Positions 38,635 to 47,758 of a stretch of 64,000 nt of DNA are shown here, piece by piece (position 1 is the stretch's first letter; each line of letters begins with the position of its first letter). Position numbers and translations under genes: made by a program. Source of the DNA: Candidatus Cloacimonadales bacterium (GTDB lineage Bacteria; Cloacimonadota; Cloacimonadia; Cloacimonadales; JAFGVF01); assembly GCA_963677495.2 (NCBI GenBank), contig CAXXOU010000001.1:1-64000 (forward strand), in the 5' to 3' direction. The notes beneath the pieces were generated by a model. It was not told the DNA's origin. It worked only from the letters and a program-made list of their open reading frames with translations, and searched no databases.

Positions 38635-39603
38635 TCATTGGATGAATGGATATATCAAGTTAAACAGGTAACCACAAATTATGATTGCAATACCTGTAAT
38701 TATTACAAAAGAACGAATCAGTTTAGGTTTTATAACTTTTCTGAGTATCACCATCTCAGGCACTGACAAAGCAGTCACAGCCATCATAAACGCCATAGCT
38801 GTACCAAGTCCGACACCTTTACCGATTAAGGCTTCAGCAATTGGGATGGTTCCAAGTGCATTTGAATAGAGCGGGATACCGAGTATAACTGCCACAATCA
38901 CAGCAAATGGATTGTTATCACCAGCATACTTAGCAAGCATCTCTCCCGGTGCCCAACCATGAATTGCAGCACCGATACCAATACCTATTATGATGAAAAG
39001 CCATACTTTACCGACAATAAACTTAACCTGCTCAAGAGCGAAGGTTAGCCTTCCTTTGAAATCATATTCTTCATCTTCGGCATCACCGACTTTCATCTGG
39101 TAGACATACTCCTCTACTTCAGATTCCATCTTAAGTTTGCCGATTACTATACCACCTATTACACCTGCCAAGACACCAAACACAACATACAATAGTGCTA
39201 CTTTCCAACCGAAAGCTGCAAGCAATACAGCGAAGGCTGCTTCGTTCACTATTGGTGATGTTATAAGGAAGGAGAAGGTAACTCCAATAGGTATACCTGC
39301 TTCCACAAAGCCGATGAAGAGCGGAACTGAGGAGCAACTACAAAATGGTGTGACAATCCCGAAGAGCGATGCCATCACATTTGCTTGTGGTCCTTTGAAC
39401 TTCTCTAAAGCTTTCTTTGTCTTTTGGGGTGAGAAATAACTTCTGATAAAGCTAATCAAGAATATCATTGTTGATAACAAGATTAAAATCTTGATTATAT
39501 CATAGAAGAAGAAGTGAACACTTGAGCCTAAGGCTGTCTCCATGCTCATGCCGAAGACGTTCACAACTAACTTCTCAATTAGTACTTCTAACCAGTGAAA
39601 CAC
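38635..39603 (-). CDS. ArsP/DUF318-type permease
   Basis: TPFCSCSSVPLFIG, FLITSPIVNE, GIPLYSN, ALSVPEMVIL. Confidence 0.92.
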   Translation of the reverse strand: MFHWLEVLIEKLVVNVFGMSMETALGSSVHFFFYDIIKILILLSTMIFLISFIRSYFSPQKTKKALEKFKGPQANVMASLFGIVTPFCSCSSVPLFIGFVEAGIPIGVTFSFLITSPIVNEAAFAVLLAAFGWKVALLYVVFGVLAGVIGGIVIGKLKMESEVEEYVYQMKVGDAEDEEYDFKGRLTFALEQVKFIVGKVWLFIIIGIGIGAAIHGWAPGEMLAKYAGDNNPFAVIVAVILGIPLYSNALGTIPIAEALIGKGVGLGTAMAFMMAVTALSVPEMVILRKVIKPKLIRSFVIITGIAIIICGYLFNLIYPFIQ

Positions 39604-39842
39604 TATTTAACCTCTTGTATAAGCTTCTTTACTCTCTCAACTGAAAGTCTCTTTCCTGTTGATACGAGTTTGCCATCAATCTCAAGGGCAGGAGTACCCA
39701 TAACGCCTGCTTCCATCATCTTTTGAACATCTTCTATCTTCTCAATCTCAGCATCAATGTTGAGAGCTTTAACTGCTTCCTGCGCAGCTTCAAACGTCTT
39801 CTTACAGTTAGTACAACCGGGTCCGTATACTTTGATCTTCAT
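39603..39842 (-). CDS. Small redox-active disulfide protein (MTH895-like thioredoxin fold)
   Basis: IKVYGPGCTNC; GVMGTPALEIDGK. Confidence 0.92.
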   Translation of the reverse strand: MKIKVYGPGCTNCKKTFEAAQEAVKALNIDAEIEKIEDVQKMMEAGVMGTPALEIDGKLVSTGKRLSVERVKKLIQEVK

Positions 39843-39862
39843 AATGTGTCTCCTATCTTTCT

Positions 39863-40561
39863 TTATTTTATATAATTATATATTCCAAAAACTATTACTA
39901 CTATCCCACATATCCTTCTAATCAGAAGCATTCTGCCTGCTTTTGAGCTCCAATTTAGATATTGACTTACCTTCTTATATGATACTCCAGCAAATGCTAA
40001 AACAGCTGTATGCCCGATTGCAAACATGAGTAGCATCACTATCCCTTTAAATAGGTCTGAGCTACTTGTCTGGAACACGATTCCAAGCATTGGTGCCATG
40101 AATGCAAATGTACATGGTCCTAACCCAACTCCCATCAGTAGTCCAAGGATAAAGGCATTACCTGAATAGCGTTTGCCACCTGAGATATTGAAAAGCTTGA
40201 TGTCCGGGATTGGGATTATATCCAACAGCAAGATACCGAAGATGATGAAGAATATCAGCATAAAGATATCACCGAACCTGCCTGTATCACCTAAGATATT
40301 GCCAGTTAAACCTGTTATCACTCCAATCAATGCAACAGTAACCAACATTCCAAGTGAGAAAAGGATTGATATCTTCGTTGGACTCGATTGGTTCCTCTCT
40401 TTACTCACATAACCAATAATAAGTGGTATCGCTGAAAGGTGACATGGGCTAAAAACTATGCTGGCTATCCCCCATAGCAATGAGCCAATTAAGGCAATCA
40501 CAAGGTTACCTTCAATGCTGTTGCTTAGGAAAAGGAAGATGTTAGTCATTAGTGATTCCAT
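39863..40561 (-). CDS. CcdA/DsbD transmembrane electron-transfer protein
   Basis: FSPCHLSAIP and GPCT with about six TMs. Confidence 0.9.
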   Translation of the reverse strand: MESLMTNIFLFLSNSIEGNLVIALIGSLLWGIASIVFSPCHLSAIPLIIGYVSKERNQSSPTKISILFSLGMLVTVALIGVITGLTGNILGDTGRFGDIFMLIFFIIFGILLLDIIPIPDIKLFNISGGKRYSGNAFILGLLMGVGLGPCTFAFMAPMLGIVFQTSSSDLFKGIVMLLMFAIGHTAVLAFAGVSYKKVSQYLNWSSKAGRMLLIRRICGIVVIVFGIYNYIK

Positions 40562-40928
40562 GCTCCTTAAGCATCTTCACAATCTTCTCTTCTGAGAAGT
40601 AACCCTGGTGTCTAAAGAACTCCTTACCCTCTGCATCGAGGAAAACCTGTGTAGGGATGGTTCGTATCTTATACTCACGAGAGATCTGTTTGTTTATCTC
40701 TTTCCGAACATCGATGAACTTGACCTCTACGATTCCTTCCCATTCTTTCTCGATTGCTTCCAGTACAAGTTCCATCTGCTTACAAGGTATGCATGTCTTC
40801 GAACCAAATTCAAGGAATGTGACTTGCGGTTTAGATTCTTCAATTTTTGCACTGTCCTGAACTGCTTCAGTTGCAAACAACCCTAGTGACAGTAGTAACA
40901 TCATAATTAAAAGTGTAATTCTTCTCAT
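40542..40928 (-). CDS. Exported thioredoxin family protein
   Basis: Signal peptide MRRITLLIMM; EFGSKTCIPCKQM; IPTQVF. Confidence 0.9.
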   Translation of the reverse strand: MRRITLLIMMLLLSLGLFATEAVQDSAKIEESKPQVTFLEFGSKTCIPCKQMELVLEAIEKEWEGIVEVKFIDVRKEINKQISREYKIRTIPTQVFLDAEGKEFFRHQGYFSEEKIVKMLKEHGITND

Positions 40929-40967
40929 ATCTCCCTCATTTCGCATCTTGCATTTTTCATTTTGCAT

Positions 40968-41285
40968 TTACATTAGGCAGCATTGCTGCTTCTCAATATT
41001 CTGTTTCAAGATTGAATCGATACAGTCGATAAATTTGTTAACGCAACACATCTCAATGTGATAAATCACATCTGCCCCAACCTTCTTGGAAGAAACAATT
41101 CCGGAACTCTTCAAAACAGAAAGATGCTTCGAAACTGTTGATTTGTCATATTCAAATGAGTTGTTAATCTCTGCAAAAGTCATATCTTTGTCTTTCAATT
41201 CCTGTATAATTATCAGCCTTACAGGATGCGCTAACGCCTTGATAATATCAGCTCTAATCTGAGCTTGCTCAAAATTCATATTCAC
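40968..41285 (-). CDS. ArsR/SmtB family metalloregulator
   Basis: KALAHPVRL, DKSTVSKHLSVLKSSG; C-terminal CC pairs. Confidence 0.93.
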   Translation of the reverse strand: MNMNFEQAQIRADIIKALAHPVRLIIIQELKDKDMTFAEINNSFEYDKSTVSKHLSVLKSSGIVSSKKVGADVIYHIEMCCVNKFIDCIDSILKQNIEKQQCCLM

Positions 41286-41300
41286 CTCTTCTTATGTCTC

Positions 41301-41320
41301 TGTTGGCAAATTAGCCAACA
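41301..41320. promoter_or_regulatory. Putative ArsR operator palindrome
   Basis: tgttggc-aaatta-gccaaca between a minus-strand TTGACA (41330-41335) and the arsR start. Confidence 0.7.
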
Positions 41321-41395
41321 AGGCATTACTGTCAAGGGAATTTCAGGACAAAATGATAGAGAAATCAGTATCATATTGATAACCGTAACCGCCGT

Positions 41396-41598
41396 CACCC
41401 AAAATGGCGAATCTTGACAAGCAAAATGGCGAAAGCTTGCCTTTGTTTTGTGTAACTACCTTTATTTGTTGATTTAGCCTTTCCTTAATCGACTGAAACT
41501 TTTCCTTAGTATTTCCTTAGTCTTCTGCCTTAGTCTCCTACATTTGCCTAAGTTCTTGCCTTTGTTGACACCCAAAATGGCGAAAGTTTACCTTTGTT
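41396..41598. repeat. Three direct repeats of CAAAATGGCGAA flanking a degenerate ~11-bp CCTTAG tract
   Basis: Copies at 41400, 41422, 41573; CCTTAG-like units at 41504, 41515, 41528, 41537, 41547, 41559. Confidence 0.65.
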
Positions 41599-41638
41599 AA
41601 CGAGCTGAAATGTTTGAGAATTTTATAGAGTAGTTCCT

Positions 41639-42583
41639 CTATGGGGATTCTTGATGATAGAATTCTATGTTTTGACCTTTAAGAATTTGTTTTACCCTAG
41701 TAACATCCTTCTCTAAAACATTAGAACCAAAAAATACTGACTTTAAAGCACTGGGTTTGTAGCTAACTAAGTTTCTATGCTCCATAAAATCAACTTGTTT
41801 AATGATTCTTATTTCCTTTTGATCCTCCCACTTTGTAGTTTTTGTGCAAAAAACTCGTTCAATTGGAAATTCATTGCATATCTCAAAGCTTGGTCCCCAG
41901 AATCCTCCCTTGTTATAGATAACTTTAAATGGGATTGTAGAAAACTCAGGATCTTCCAATAAGTCTAAACATATACAAATTCCCTTACCCTGCTCAGCAT
42001 ATTCATCCCACATATTCATCATGTATGGACTACGAGTAAAACAACAGATCCTTGTAGTCGTAATTAGTTCCTCATAGACTCCCTCTAATATATTGTACAT
42101 GTGTTCTCTGTTTGTACCATTCTTTTCAAGTAAGTCAGGATAGTGACATTTTACAAAGAGATCAAACTTGTGCTTATCTATATCCGAAAATCTTCCCTTG
42201 AAAGGATTGTATCCTTCTTTGTTATCATCGAAATTCCGAGAGTTTGAAAACCACAATTGATTGTTTGCTAAGTTTTCAATTGTCTTATCGTTGAATTTCA
42301 GATATCTATAAACCTTTCGTGGGATTCCATACACATAGACGCATTGATTAATTTTGTAATCTGCATAAATTCGTCTATTTTCCAAATATGCATCAGAGGT
42401 TATATCCTTTTGATCTATCAAAGACTTCATTTTCTCTTCAATGGATCTATAGTATGATGACATCTGTTGATATAAAATGACTTCTTGTTCAACCCACCCA
42501 AGTTCTTTCCTTAAAATTTCTGAAGTAGGATTGGCTAGTTTATTTGCTACAGATTCAAATATAAACAGATTTTTTAAATCCAT
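41639..42583 (-). CDS. DUF2971 domain protein
   Basis: VYRYL, LWFSNSRNFDDNKEG, ICCFT, MWDEYAEQGKGICI, KTTKWEDQKEIR, SVFFG; start after GGAGG. Confidence 0.8.
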   Translation of the reverse strand: MDLKNLFIFESVANKLANPTSEILRKELGWVEQEVILYQQMSSYYRSIEEKMKSLIDQKDITSDAYLENRRIYADYKINQCVYVYGIPRKVYRYLKFNDKTIENLANNQLWFSNSRNFDDNKEGYNPFKGRFSDIDKHKFDLFVKCHYPDLLEKNGTNREHMYNILEGVYEELITTTRICCFTRSPYMMNMWDEYAEQGKGICICLDLLEDPEFSTIPFKVIYNKGGFWGPSFEICNEFPIERVFCTKTTKWEDQKEIRIIKQVDFMEHRNLVSYKPSALKSVFFGSNVLEKDVTRVKQILKGQNIEFYHQESP

Positions 42584-42998
42584 ACATACCTCCATAAAGT
42601 TTAAAAATGATCCCCCTGCAAGGGTCTGACAAGCAGGTGGAACCATGGTTGAATTGGAGTAAGTCCAATTACACACAAACCCTAAATCCTTATATAGGGA
42701 AGTCAATTCTTTTATCTTGGCATGATAATCACCTCTTTGTATACCATGTCTTGCTATTTTGCTATTTCAAAGTATTGACAAATTTTAAGTTTTCAGCCTA
42801 TGTTTAAAGAAAGGAAAAATCTTGGCTTAGCTATTCCAAATAGTTAGTTTCCTGTCAAACCAACCGATGTGACCTATCAGATTCAATAATTTGACCAAAG
42901 ACTAACAATACCTGTTTACTTATACACGTATATCGTTTCTTATAAGTATTACATTGACATGATTATCCCAAAAAACTTTAATGAAGTGGAGGTTGACT

Positions 42999-43514
42999 AT
43001 GACTTTTAAAAACAAAGACCCCTTTACAGCATTCATCTTGGCTCTTATTTTTGGTCCAATTGGATACTTACACTTTGGTTTTAAAGTGTTTTTGTCATGT
43101 GTATCGGTTAGCATATTAACTTTTATATTTGGATTTGTTGTTGAATATCCAGAACTTTTTCTAATGTTTACATCTATTTCATATGGATTACATGCATTCA
43201 AACTGGCTAATTATTACAACAAAGAATTACTAAGATGTACTGAAGATGAACTCCCATATCTTAGGACTTTCTTATTCGGTTTTATTAGTATGGATAGATG
43301 GCTATTCTATTATATTGTAGGGCAGGCAATTGCTTTCGGAGCATATTACGGTGTGACTAATTTTGAACAAGGAAGAATACTTTACGGGCTTTTATCTCTT
43401 CTAGTAGCCCCTTTTGTTTTTTATTTTTTCTGCAAGCACACCTTGGGGTACTTATATTCCATTATCCTTGGAATACTTCTTGAGAATTATAAAGAAAAAA
43501 AAGGCCTAAATTAA
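42999..43514 (+). CDS. Hypothetical membrane protein
   Basis: GGAGG RBS; KDPFTAFILALIFGPIGYLH (TM2-like N-terminus); several TMs. Confidence 0.75.
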   Translation: MTFKNKDPFTAFILALIFGPIGYLHFGFKVFLSCVSVSILTFIFGFVVEYPELFLMFTSISYGLHAFKLANYYNKELLRCTEDELPYLRTFLFGFISMDRWLFYYIVGQAIAFGAYYGVTNFEQGRILYGLLSLLVAPFVFYFFCKHTLGYLYSIILGILLENYKEKKGLN

Positions 43515-43549
43515 TAATTTCCAAAATTATTAATGAAAACTTGAATACA

Positions 43550-43693
43550 CTATTTATAACGAGATTTAAGGTTCCCGCTCTTGGTATAAATACCGCTGTT
43601 ATCAAGAATCTCTTTTGCTTTCTTCTTTGATGTTGAAACCTCTTTCCTCAGCTTTTCAAACATCTTTATTATATCTTCATGTTTTTTATCCAT
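43550..43693 (-). CDS. Small basic hypothetical protein (47 aa), absent from the ORF track
   Basis: GGAGGTG RBS; MDKKHEDIIKMFEKLRKEVSTSKKKAKEILDNSGIYTKSGNLKSRYK; upstream TTGACA. Confidence 0.65.
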   Translation of the reverse strand: MDKKHEDIIKMFEKLRKEVSTSKKKAKEILDNSGIYTKSGNLKSRYK

Positions 43694-43940
43694 ATTCACA
43701 CCTCCAACAACTCAATAATCCAATTTTATGAAAATATGTCAATTAGATTATTTTATTACAGTATCTCTTCTTCCATATCCCCAACAACTTACAGACATCA
43801 CACTCTCTCATGATTATAGAATATGTAACTAAGAGTATACTTTTATGCAAAATTAGTTGACAAATAATTACTGTTCGGTTTTCTTTGTATTGTAAGTTAT
43901 AGAATAGATTAATTTTTAACGACCTTGAAAAGGAGCAATT

Positions 43941-45320
43941 ATGCGTAAGATCGATTTGAAACGATTCCGTGAATCATTCAAGTATTACACGGAGTTACGC
44001 CAACAAGAGTTGAGAAGCAGCATGCTGTATTTCAACAATGGCACACTTTTAAGAAACTCCCAAAGTAGCATTATCGGTGGTAGTGCTCGCGTCTTCAAGA
44101 ATGGCGTATGGGGACTCTCAGCAAACACTGACCTTAATGACCAAAACATTGCCACAATGATTAAGAAAGCCACATCACAGGCTGAGTTCTTAGCAGGCAA
44201 ATCAGGCAAAACTGACTACAACCTACCTTCCATCACAGGTATCAACGAGAATCTTTACAAAGCGAAAAGAACACCTATGAGTATCAAAGAGCAGATTGAG
44301 TTCTGTCAAGAAGTTGATGCTTACATTGCAAAGAAATATCCTGAGCTTCAAGCTCGCAATGTTGGTTTCCAGAGTTCCACAATGGAGAAGAACCTTCTCA
44401 CTTCAGATGGTGCAATCTCTCATTATGAAATTCCACGCTCATTCCTTATCCTTGTGATGACTATTATGAATGGTAACGAACCTGTATCTCTCCACGATGT
44501 TGTGGGTGGATATGGCGAATCGCAGGATCTTTTCAGTAATCCTGAAGAGCTCTTCCCTAAGATTGATGAACTTTACATGCATGTTAGAAATAAGAAAGAC
44601 GCTATCTGGGCAGAAGCCGGTGTTCATGATGTTGTTATGGATGCTAAGCTTGCAGGTATACTTTCTCATGAAGCTGTTGGTCACACAACAGAAGCTGACA
44701 TTGTACTCAATGGTTCTATTGCAGGTGATATGCTCAACCAGAAAGTAGCTTCTGACCTGGTTACTATGGTTGACGTTGCTCATACATATAATGGTGACCT
44801 ATGTCCACAACCGGTATTTGTCGATGATGAAGGCACCGAAGCTAAGGATACTATGCTTATTGAAAATGGTATCCTTAAAGGCTTCATGCACACACGTGAA
44901 ACTGCTCATAAGTTTGGTGTTGAGCCTACAGGTAATGCTCGTGCTTATGATTTCAGTGATGAACCACTTGTACGCATGAGAAACACAATGATTGTACCGG
45001 GAACTTCAAAACTTGATGATATGATCAAAGATGTTGAAAAGGGTTATTACCTTGTGAACCCATCTAACGGTCAGGCTGACTCTACTTCTGAGTTCATGTT
45101 TGGTGTCACTCTCGGTTACGAAATCAACGAAGGTAAACTCGGAAAAGCTATCAAAGATACAACTATCTCAGGTGTTGCATTCGAACTTCTTAAGACTATC
45201 ACAGACATCTCTGATGACCTGACCTGGATATCATCAGGTATGTGTGGTAAGAAACAACCAATGCCTGTTGGAATGGGTGGTCCTGCTATCCGTTGTAAAG
45301 TTATGGTAGGAGGTAAATAG
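43941..45320 (+). CDS. tldD: TldD family metalloprotease
   Basis: HEAVGHTTEAD, DDEG, TGNARA, PLVRMRNT, CGKKQPMPVGMGGP. Confidence 0.95.
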   Translation: MRKIDLKRFRESFKYYTELRQQELRSSMLYFNNGTLLRNSQSSIIGGSARVFKNGVWGLSANTDLNDQNIATMIKKATSQAEFLAGKSGKTDYNLPSITGINENLYKAKRTPMSIKEQIEFCQEVDAYIAKKYPELQARNVGFQSSTMEKNLLTSDGAISHYEIPRSFLILVMTIMNGNEPVSLHDVVGGYGESQDLFSNPEELFPKIDELYMHVRNKKDAIWAEAGVHDVVMDAKLAGILSHEAVGHTTEADIVLNGSIAGDMLNQKVASDLVTMVDVAHTYNGDLCPQPVFVDDEGTEAKDTMLIENGILKGFMHTRETAHKFGVEPTGNARAYDFSDEPLVRMRNTMIVPGTSKLDDMIKDVEKGYYLVNPSNGQADSTSEFMFGVTLGYEINEGKLGKAIKDTTISGVAFELLKTITDISDDLTWISSGMCGKKQPMPVGMGGPAIRCKVMVGGK

Positions 45321-45321
45321 A

Positions 45322-46614
45322 ATGGATATCAAGAAAATAGCACAATTTACTCTCGATACATTGGTTAAAGCAGGTGCAGAGAAAGCTACTGTACTTTGCA
45401 TAGAAAAGATTAAGACTGAGCTCCAGCTTGAGCATGGTGAGATTAACCTTTTCAGAACTATTCCTAACTTTGGACTCACATTGTCAGTTATCAATGATTT
45501 CAAAGTTGCACATATTACAATCAACGACCTAACAGAGGAAGAGATTGCCAAAGCTGCTACAAAAGTTGTGGAGATGGCTAACAACTCAACTCAGGATAAA
45601 GGTTTTGATATAGCTCCTGAAGCTCCTGCTGATTCATATAAGAAAGGCCAACTTGAGCCTGATACTGATAAGATGTACGAACGCCTTGTTGAGTTCAAGA
45701 ATGATTATCAAGAGCACTATCCAAGCATCCTTGCTGATGCGTATGTAGTGCATAACTACCGTCATTCAGTTAGACTCAATACAAATGGTATCGACTTCGA
45801 GACTGAGCTTGGTAACTATGAGTTCTCAACAATCTTCTCAGCAAAGAGCAAAGCATCAGTAAGTTCTATGAACTACGATGGAGCTGTTATGAAAGACCTT
45901 AGCAAACCACTGATTGAGCTTGGTTTGATTAAGACTTACTTCGACCAAATCGTTGGTCAAATGAAGACAGAGAGAATCGAAGGCAAGTTCAAAGGAGACC
46001 TTGTACTTCTCCCACAAAATGTGGAGATGTTAGTTGGAATGCTTCTGCAAAGCAACTTAACAGTAATGCCACTAATGAACAGAACAAGTTTGTTAGCTGA
46101 TAAGTTAGGTGAAAAGATTATGAGTGAGAAGCTTACTGTTGTATCAGATCCAGATAATGCTGACTTCGCTCTCGGTTCAAACTGCATCCACGAAGGTCTT
46201 AAACCTAAACTCACAACCATTATTGATGAAGGTATCCTCAAGACATATCTTCTCGGCATCTACGGTGCCAATAAAACAGGTTACGATGTAGCAACAACTG
46301 AAGGTAGCTTCTTAAAGATAACACCCGGTCAGATTACCTATGACGATATGATCAAAGATGTGAAAGAGGGACTTCTCCTCGTTCGCTTCTCAGGCGGAAA
46401 CCCTAATGCTTTCGGTGACCTTGCAGGTGTTGCAAAGAATAGCTATTACATCAAAGACGGTAAGATTCAATATCCTGTCAGCGAAGTTATGATAAGCGGA
46501 AATATCCTCGAAATGCTTAATAACGTAAAACACGTTAGTAAAGAAACAAAGAACACCGGAGTTAGCGAAACTCCTTGGATTACAATCGGAGACGTTACTA
46601 TTTCCGGTAAATAA
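45322..46614 (+). CDS. pmbA: PmbA/TldE family protein
   Basis: Follows tldD; lacks HExxxH; PVSEVMISGNILEMLNN, TPWITIGDVTISG. Confidence 0.9.
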   Translation: MDIKKIAQFTLDTLVKAGAEKATVLCIEKIKTELQLEHGEINLFRTIPNFGLTLSVINDFKVAHITINDLTEEEIAKAATKVVEMANNSTQDKGFDIAPEAPADSYKKGQLEPDTDKMYERLVEFKNDYQEHYPSILADAYVVHNYRHSVRLNTNGIDFETELGNYEFSTIFSAKSKASVSSMNYDGAVMKDLSKPLIELGLIKTYFDQIVGQMKTERIEGKFKGDLVLLPQNVEMLVGMLLQSNLTVMPLMNRTSLLADKLGEKIMSEKLTVVSDPDNADFALGSNCIHEGLKPKLTTIIDEGILKTYLLGIYGANKTGYDVATTEGSFLKITPGQITYDDMIKDVKEGLLLVRFSGGNPNAFGDLAGVAKNSYYIKDGKIQYPVSEVMISGNILEMLNNVKHVSKETKNTGVSETPWITIGDVTISGK

Positions 46615-46633
46615 ATCCACATTTCACACCGTC

Positions 46634-46662
46634 AAAAGAGCATGTATCCAGCATGCTCTTTT
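46634..46662 (+). terminator. Intrinsic terminator after pmbA
   Basis: aaaagagcatg-tatccag-catgctctttt. Confidence 0.75.
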
Positions 46663-46779
46663 CTTATGGATTTAACCGACTGCGTCGGTTTGCCCTGTCA
46701 CACTTCTTCATACATGCACGTAGAGCATGCAACCTGCCTGCCCACAGCTCGAAAGATACAGCATCAGATACACTCCATA

Positions 46780-47035
46780 AAATAGATTTCCTCTAAATTC
46801 ATCTAAATTCATCCAAATCTGCCCTTCTTCATCCCTTCCGGTTCCGTGACTAAGAAAGGTGTTTCAAAGGTAATCCACAGGTGACCCTCTCGTGACCCTC
46901 TCGTGGAAGGCCTCGATTTATCCACATGATGTGGATAACTTAAAAATTTATGGAAAACTTGTCTTAATCACGGAACCAGAAGGGATGCAACAGGTTCATT
47001 TGGATTTCAATTAAATTAAATGGGAGATTTATTGT
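46780..47035. mobile_element. MITE-like non-coding element: long imperfect terminal inverted repeats around an 11-bp array and paired DnaA-type boxes
   Basis: Left atccaaat...atcccttccggttccgtgactaaga versus right tcttaatcacggaaccagaagggat...atttggat; gtgaccctctc at 46881 and 46892; TTATCCACA-TGA-TGTGGATAA at 46918-46938. Mobility is inferred, not shown. Confidence 0.6.
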
Positions 47036-47089
47036 TGCCAGATTCTATATTGGTTTCAATAATTAGTCCATTAAAGGAAGGATGATTAA

Positions 47090-47620
47090 ATGAGATATAT
47101 CGCAATACTTAGAGGAATCAATGTTGGTGGACACCGAAAGATATTGATGAAGGTCTTTAAAGAGCAACTGAAAGAGCTTGGTTTTACTGATATTATCACC
47201 TACATCCAGAGTGGGAATGTTATATTTTCATCTGATGAGCCGTATTGCCTTGCACTGGGGAAAACTATTAAAGACTTTATTGCTGAAGAATATGTCTATG
47301 ATGTGCCGGTTATCGTTCGGACTGTGGAGGAGTGGCAAGAAGTTATTGCTAACAATCCATTGATTCCGGATGGGGATTATGATATAAACAGATACTTAGT
47401 AATTCTGTTAGACAAAGAACCTGACCCCAAAAGTGTTAAAGACCTAAATCAATTGGACTTTTCACCAGATAAGTTTGTTGTTGTAGGTAAGAATATTTAT
47501 CTCTATTCTGCAGGTCCTGTTCATAAATCGAAGTTAACTATCAATATGTTCGAAAAGAAATTAGGAGTTGTTGCCAGTGCGAGGAATTGGAAGACTGTAC
47601 TTAGGATAAAGGAGCTTTAA
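47090..47620 (+). CDS. DUF1697 domain protein
   Basis: YIAILRGINVGGHRKI, TYIQSGNVIF, SARNWKTV. Confidence 0.93.
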   Translation: MRYIAILRGINVGGHRKILMKVFKEQLKELGFTDIITYIQSGNVIFSSDEPYCLALGKTIKDFIAEEYVYDVPVIVRTVEEWQEVIANNPLIPDGDYDINRYLVILLDKEPDPKSVKDLNQLDFSPDKFVVVGKNIYLYSAGPVHKSKLTINMFEKKLGVVASARNWKTVLRIKEL

Positions 47621-47746
47621 TCCACCTTTGGAATGGTTGAGTTTGCGAGACCTTGCAAATGGTGGGAAACGAAATAGAACAACCAACTATGAGAAAGAGA
47701 TATTAAGTGTACCATTTAGAAGGTCTACGACCATTCTAAAGGTAGA
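47621..47746. repeat. Inverted doublet of palindromes (REP-like) between convergent genes
   Basis: tccacctttggaatggt...gaccttgcaaatggt // accatttagaaggtc...accattctaaaggtaga. Confidence 0.7.
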
Positions 47747-47758
47747 TATTGCTATACC

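Noticed and set aside
43941..46614. RiPP (microcin-type) cluster around tldD/pmbA
   Set aside because: No YcaO, radical SAM or convincing precursor peptide nearby; ordinary housekeeping pair.
46870..46940. Chromosomal replication origin (oriC)
   Set aside because: Only 2-3 boxes, embedded in an inverted-repeat element that recurs at ~2660; no dnaA/dnaN/gidA/rpmH context.
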